From: an uncultured Christensenella sp.
Lineage (GTDB): Bacteria; Bacillota; Clostridia; Christensenellales; DTU072
DNA: 64,000 nucleotides
Direction: 5' to 3'
NCBI GenBank assembly: GCA_964418255.1
Contig: CAYQKV010000002.1
Span: forward strand, 108,421 to 172,420
Shown in pieces: positions 58,822-64,000 of the stretch. The notes below the pieces were generated by a model. The model was given only the letters and a program-made list of their open reading frames with translations, did not search any database and had not been told where the DNA came from. Made by a program: the position numbers and the translations under genes. How positions within the stretch are numbered: the stretch's first letter is position 1; every line of letters begins with the position of its first letter.

Positions 58822-60225
58822 ATGGATAAGTCGCTAACCTACTCTTTGCAGTCAAGATGGAAGCAAGAGGGCAGTATTCTGCGTTATTACGGTTTAAGGA
58901 ACAAGGAACACCTGTTTGAAAATACCGTAAAACTGACTGAAAAGCAAAAAAATATTATAGAAAAACTTCCGTGCGCAATTACGGATAAAGAGTTGTCCGT
59001 ACTGGGAAAGCTTGTAGGAAACGCGGTGGTAAGAACAGAGGAAGTGAGAAAAATTCCGAAAAATCTTTCGGAAGCGCGTTTTTGCGCAAATTGCATTGCA
59101 AACGATTTTATAATTCCGGGGTTGGAATTTGACGGCAACGGGTTTTGTCCTATGTGCCAGACAAAAAAAGAAACGGAAAAACTCAAAAGTATAGTCCCGA
59201 TAAAAAATACCTTTCCTCATTCGAAAAAATCGCGCTTCGACGTCGCGCTGTTTTATACGGGAGGTAAGGATTCCACATATTTACTCTATTATCTTGCAAA
59301 AGTACAGAGATTAAAAGTGCTTGCGCTTACTTGGGAAATCCCGTACATATCCGACAGCGCGAGGGAAAGTATCGGCGAAGCAAAGAAGAGGCTGCCGAAC
59401 GTCGAGTTTATTTCGAGAAAGGTAGCGGACAGCGACTTAAAACTGATGTACGGACGACTGTATGAATTAAGCGGAAACACCTGCGCCTGCCCGTCGCTTG
59501 CATACGCGCTGTTCTATCCGGAGCTTGTTTCGAATAAAGTTCCGTATTTCGTAGTAGGAAACGAAACCGCGCAAATCGTCGGACTTTACTATAACCGTAT
59601 GGCTCCGAAATTCGCATATTCGTTTGCGGATAATAAAACAGCAAACTTTTTTATAAACGTCGGAAGAGTTGTTACGCTCCGTCCGCCGTTGAAAAGAGGA
59701 CAGTTTCATACGATTGCGACAATGAAACAGCTTGCTTACGGCGACAACCCTTTGAAAAAAATCTTCGGCTACGGGAACGAGTTGGTAAGTAACGTAGTAG
59801 AATCCATGCTTACCGTGCCGAATATGGTAAAACCGTTAAAAAGAGCGATAAGAATTTCATCGCTTACGGGTAATATACCCGTTTTTGCTCAGGTAGACTT
59901 CGACGAAATAAGCGGAGGAAAGTACGACTGGAAAAAAATTAAATCGATAATAGTGAAGGAATGCGGATGGGTAGAACCCGAAGAAAACGCAAAAGGCTTG
60001 CACACAAGCTGTAATATAGAAAAGTGCAAGGAATATTCGCAATTTAAGCGGTTTTACGATATGGAAAGCGATATGATACCGTTCAGCGCGCTTGAACTTG
60101 CCATCGCGGTACGAGACGGCAACGCGACGAGGGAAGACGCCTTGAAAGAGCTCGATTGCGCGCTCGGTTTCAGTCTCGAAGAAGTTCCCGAATGTGCGAT
60201 AATGAAAGAATATTTGGCAAAATGA
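58822..60225 (+). CDS. PP-loop ATPase, N-acetyl-sugar-amidotransferase-like
   Basis: ARFCANCIANDFIIPGLEFDGNGFCPMCQTK (paired CxxC) then DVALFYTGGKDSTYLLYYLAKVQRLKVLALTWE. Confidence 0.65.
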   Translation: MDKSLTYSLQSRWKQEGSILRYYGLRNKEHLFENTVKLTEKQKNIIEKLPCAITDKELSVLGKLVGNAVVRTEEVRKIPKNLSEARFCANCIANDFIIPGLEFDGNGFCPMCQTKKETEKLKSIVPIKNTFPHSKKSRFDVALFYTGGKDSTYLLYYLAKVQRLKVLALTWEIPYISDSARESIGEAKKRLPNVEFISRKVADSDLKLMYGRLYELSGNTCACPSLAYALFYPELVSNKVPYFVVGNETAQIVGLYYNRMAPKFAYSFADNKTANFFINVGRVVTLRPPLKRGQFHTIATMKQLAYGDNPLKKIFGYGNELVSNVVESMLTVPNMVKPLKRAIRISSLTGNIPVFAQVDFDEISGGKYDWKKIKSIIVKECGWVEPEENAKGLHTSCNIEKCKEYSQFKRFYDMESDMIPFSALELAIAVRDGNATREDALKELDCALGFSLEEVPECAIMKEYLAK

Positions 60226-60905
60226 ACGCCGTAGTCTATTACTCAAATACGGGAGAAAGCCGTAAAATAGCGGAATATTTCAGCGAAAAGCTGGGTTATC
60301 CCGTTTTCGATATCGGCGGTTTAAATATATACGAATTCGATACCGTCGCGCTTGTTTTTCCGGTGCATTGTCAAAATATCCCGAAAGCGGTAAAAGGGTT
60401 TCTGAAAAAATTAAACGCAAAAAACGTAGCCGTCGCCGCAACTTACGGAAAAATGTGCAGAGGCAACGTTCTGTACGAAGCGCAGAACCGTTTTAAGCTC
60501 AACGTTATCGCAGGAGCGTATATTCCGACGAAGCATTCGTATATCGAGGAGAAAGAATTTACGGAATTTGACGAGCTCGACCGTTTTATCGAAAAAATAA
60601 AAACTCCTACGTCGGTTAAAATACCTCGTTTGTATAAAAATCCGCTCGCAAACTTCTTTCCTAAGTTACGCAGTGCGGTAGGAGTCAGAATCGAAACGAA
60701 AAAAGAGAAGTGTATCCGATGCGGCGAGTGCGGAAAGGCGTGTAAGAACAGCGCGATAGAGTGCGGCAGTATAAATTCCGAATGTATCAGATGCCTTGCG
60801 TGCGTAAATGCGTGCAAAAACGGCGCGTTGACGGTTAAATACACATTCCCGATGAAAATTTATCTTAACGGGAAAAAACATAACGATTTTATTTTTTACG
60901 TTTGA
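60222..60905 (+). CDS. EFR1-type flavodoxin-like/ferredoxin protein
   Basis: VVYYSNTGESRKIAEYF flavodoxin loop; CIRCGECGKAC and CIRCLACVNAC 4Fe-4S motifs; ATGA overlap with the upstream gene. Confidence 0.85.
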   Translation: MNAVVYYSNTGESRKIAEYFSEKLGYPVFDIGGLNIYEFDTVALVFPVHCQNIPKAVKGFLKKLNAKNVAVAATYGKMCRGNVLYEAQNRFKLNVIAGAYIPTKHSYIEEKEFTEFDELDRFIEKIKTPTSVKIPRLYKNPLANFFPKLRSAVGVRIETKKEKCIRCGECGKACKNSAIECGSINSECIRCLACVNACKNGALTVKYTFPMKIYLNGKKHNDFIFYV

Positions 60906-60913
60906 TTAGCTTT

Positions 60914-61849
60914 TTATTGTTCCGTTTCCGACCGAGAGGAGCTGCGGTATTCTTCGATTAGACCGAGGAAATAGGCGTCGTAATCTTCGGGCGATTTGAC
61001 GTTTTCGTCGTAGAATGCGTACATATTTTCCTGCCCGTCGTGGGTTATGCCTTCTTCGAGGGGAACGGTAACGTCGCGAGTGAAAGTAAGGTCGTTAATC
61101 TCGAATTCGACGCCGCTTATTTTAATTTTTTCGGGGACGGACGTTTGTTCGTTTCTGACAAACGTAAGAGTAAGATTTTCTTCCGTTATCGGAGTTAAGT
61201 CGGATTTGAGCGCGTAATAGAGGGTCGCTTTTCCGTTAATTACGTCGAGGTCGTAAAACTTATAGATATAATCGGAGTAGTTTGCGTAAGGTTTAGCTAT
61301 TTCCGCATAGAACAAACGGTTGTACTCGGAAGTGGCGTACGGGAATGCGCGCAAACCTTTATATACGGTTTTTACATAGGATAAGTCCGTCGCTTTACTC
61401 ACCTTTTTATACTGTCTTTCGTAGGCGTCGATGAGTTTGGAAGCGCTCGGCCAACGCGCGACGAGATAAACCGTTCCGTCGCGGGCGTCCACGTTGTAAG
61501 AAGAAGTCTTCCGATAAATATCGGCGGTGTAGGTGACGGACGTGATTTTGTCGTCGTCGTTTTTGTTATATGAAAGTTTTACGGTTTTGCAGGTAACGGA
61601 CGTGTACTTATCTTCGTAAATGTAATAACCGTAATCGCCGTCGGTCAAGACGAGATAGGATTTTACGCCGTATTCGGCTATTCTGTCCACCGTTTCCTGT
61701 TCGTATTGTTGATATGTGTCGATTATAAGTTCGTAGGTGCCGACGACTTTCGACATTTTCGCGGGAGTACAGCCCGCAAAGACAGCGGCGAAAGAAACGA
61801 GCAAAGCAAACAGAACGGCAAGCGACGTTATTTTTGTGATTTTCTTCAT
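60914..61849 (-). CDS. Hypothetical lipoprotein
   Basis: MKKITKITSLAVLFALLVSFAAVFAGC lipobox. Confidence 0.7.
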   Translation of the reverse strand: MKKITKITSLAVLFALLVSFAAVFAGCTPAKMSKVVGTYELIIDTYQQYEQETVDRIAEYGVKSYLVLTDGDYGYYIYEDKYTSVTCKTVKLSYNKNDDDKITSVTYTADIYRKTSSYNVDARDGTVYLVARWPSASKLIDAYERQYKKVSKATDLSYVKTVYKGLRAFPYATSEYNRLFYAEIAKPYANYSDYIYKFYDLDVINGKATLYYALKSDLTPITEENLTLTFVRNEQTSVPEKIKISGVEFEINDLTFTRDVTVPLEEGITHDGQENMYAFYDENVKSPEDYDAYFLGLIEEYRSSSRSETEQ

Positions 61850-61965
61850 AATTTCCTTATTATAGCGGGGAAAGCGCGTTTTATTTTTATTATATTCCCC
61901 GTTTCGATTTTAATTATGGCACGAAAGAATAATTTTGTCAATACGGGGTAAATTCCGTCAGCCGC

Positions 61966-61995
61966 TTGACAACTGACATTTTGTCGGTGTAAGAT
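61966..61995 (+). promoter_or_regulatory. Promoter of the preQ1-queT transcript
   Basis: TTGACA, 18 bp, TAAGAT. Confidence 0.5.
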
Positions 61996-62003
61996 AACGG
62001 CAA

Positions 62004-62047
62004 TGAAGGTTTTCGGTAAACACTTCATAATAAAAAAACCGAGGTAA
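62004..62047 (+). promoter_or_regulatory. preQ1-I type riboswitch overlapping the queT SD
   Basis: P1 TGAAG/CTTCA; loop GTTTTCGGTAAACA; A-rich tail TAATAAAAAAACCGAGG; loop CGG can pair with tail CCG; GAGG is the SD. Confidence 0.75.
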
Positions 62048-62052
62048 CTATT

Positions 62053-62640
62053 TTGAAAAAATCAAAAACTCTCGTTATCGCGCGCGCCGCGCTTATCTGC
62101 GCCCTCTACGTCGCGCTTACTTACGCGTGTATGCCCCTTGCTTACGGTCCGTTGCAAATCCGTATAGGCGAAGCGCTTACCGTTTTGCCCCTTTTGTACG
62201 TCGAAAGTATACCCGCGCTGTTTATCGGCTGTATTCTTTCTAATATCGGTTCGCCTTTCGGCTTTTACGATATTATTTTCGGTTCGATAGCGACGCTCAT
62301 CGCGTCTCTGTTTACCTTTCTCGTCGGCAGAAAAGTAAAAAACAGACCGCTTAAAATCGTCCTCGGCGGACTTCCTCCAGTGCTTGTAAACGCTTTTATC
62401 TTGCCGCTTATGTGGCTTTTGTTCGATTTCGATGCCGGGTACGTAGCTAATATGCTTTCAATTTTGCTTACGCAGAGCGTTTTCGTCTACGCGGCGGGGA
62501 CTCCGCTTTATCTTGCGGCGGACAGGCTGAGAAGGAAAAACGTAAAAGGTTTTCAGACTTGCGACGAGCTGTTTACGCGGAAAAAGATGAAGAAAAGGCG
62601 TAATTTTCAGGCGTTTTTTAATTCAAAAAAGGTAGAATAG
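62053..62640 (+). CDS. queT: QueT family transporter (ECF S component for queuosine precursor)
   Basis: ARAALICALYVALTYACMPLAYGPLQIRIGEALTVLPLLYVESIPALFIGCILSNIG; behind a preQ1 riboswitch; TTG start. Confidence 0.85.
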   Translation: MKKSKTLVIARAALICALYVALTYACMPLAYGPLQIRIGEALTVLPLLYVESIPALFIGCILSNIGSPFGFYDIIFGSIATLIASLFTFLVGRKVKNRPLKIVLGGLPPVLVNAFILPLMWLLFDFDAGYVANMLSILLTQSVFVYAAGTPLYLAADRLRRKNVKGFQTCDELFTRKKMKKRRNFQAFFNSKKVE

Positions 62641-63097
62641 AAGAGTACGAGGAAACGAGGTCGTCGAATTTTACGGCGCAGTTCGCCGGACTCGGGCTCG
62701 GAAGAAGGACGGGCGTTTCGCCCGTGAAACGGCGGTAAAGGGCGTACGCGGTTTTGCCCGTCGTAAAAACGCGTTTGATATCCGCAGCCGAAAAAATAAC
62801 CGAAAAATCGTTGGGAACGGCGTTTTTTATGCTCGAATCCGACGCGCCGTTTATGTCGCAGGAATAGATTACGTCCCAGAGTGCGATTCCTTTTCCGAGA
62901 AGAAAGGCGCGTTTAGCTTCGTTTGAATCGGGAATTTCTTCGTTGAAAACTTTTTCGAGAACGCGCCAGAAACGATTTTGCGGATGCCCGTAGTAGAAAC
63001 CTTTGGCGCGGGAAAGGGGAGAAGGAAGACTTCCGAGAACGAGAACTTTGCTGTTTTCGTCGAACACGGGTTCGAGCGTGTGAAAAACTTTTTCCAT
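62618..63097 (-). CDS. DNA-deoxyinosine glycosylase (uracil-DNA glycosylase superfamily)
   Basis: LEPVFDENSKVLVLGSLPSPLSRAKGFYYGHPQNRFWRVL, LPSPSPANC. Confidence 0.8.
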   Translation of the reverse strand: MEKVFHTLEPVFDENSKVLVLGSLPSPLSRAKGFYYGHPQNRFWRVLEKVFNEEIPDSNEAKRAFLLGKGIALWDVIYSCDINGASDSSIKNAVPNDFSVIFSAADIKRVFTTGKTAYALYRRFTGETPVLLPSPSPANCAVKFDDLVSSYSSILPFLN

Positions 63098-63177
63098 AAA
63101 GGCATTATATCACGATTTATAAGAGGAGGAGCGCGAAAAAAAATATTACGGCTCGGGAAAAAATTTTTTCATTATGT

Positions 63178-63207
63178 TTGACAAGGCGCGCCGCGCGGTT
63201 GTATCAT
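63178..63207 (+). promoter_or_regulatory. Sigma70-type promoter of gdhA
   Basis: TTGACA, 18 bp, TATCAT. Confidence 0.55.
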
Positions 63208-63256
63208 ATAAAAAACACTCTTGCGTGCGTAGGCGCGCGACTAAAATGCTTTTTAA

Positions 63257-64000
<744 letters not shown>

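Overview
This 64 kb window looks like a chromosomal segment of an uncultured Clostridia-type Firmicute, mostly housekeeping and metabolic genes. From the sequence I support about 45 CDSs (dihydroxyacetone kinase/glycerol dehydrogenase, CorA, TtcA-like, glycerate kinase, dut, UPF0210/UPF0237, RlmH, TadA, Pth, Mfd, HU, L9, SecG, GlyA, QueT, GdhA and others), one tRNA-Leu(CAA), an FMN riboswitch before a riboflavin ECF S component, and a preQ1-I-type riboswitch before queT. I found no prophage, CRISPR array or recognisable defence island. The strongest unusual signals are non-coding. (1) A family of about 190-200 bp intergenic elements, 8 units in the window, shares the same ordered helices with compensatory base changes; some copies lie inside short MITE-like terminal inverted repeats, and one locus holds three tandem 203-bp units. 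(2) A 12-codon leader ORF, MDPDPYSRYCLG, sits directly upstream of corA with its own promoter and Shine-Dalgarno; it resembles the Asp/Glu-Pro leader peptides that sense Mg2+ by ribosome destabilisation in enterobacteria. (3) Further observations include a duplicated tRNA-Leu 3' end, interleaved inverted repeats, a His/Cys/acidic 39-bp coding repeat in a CobW-family GTPase, a 2.7-kaa LRR_5 lipoprotein with higher-order modules, and a coupled PP-loop ATPase/ferredoxin pair. Family names are from pattern recognition only; no database search was run.
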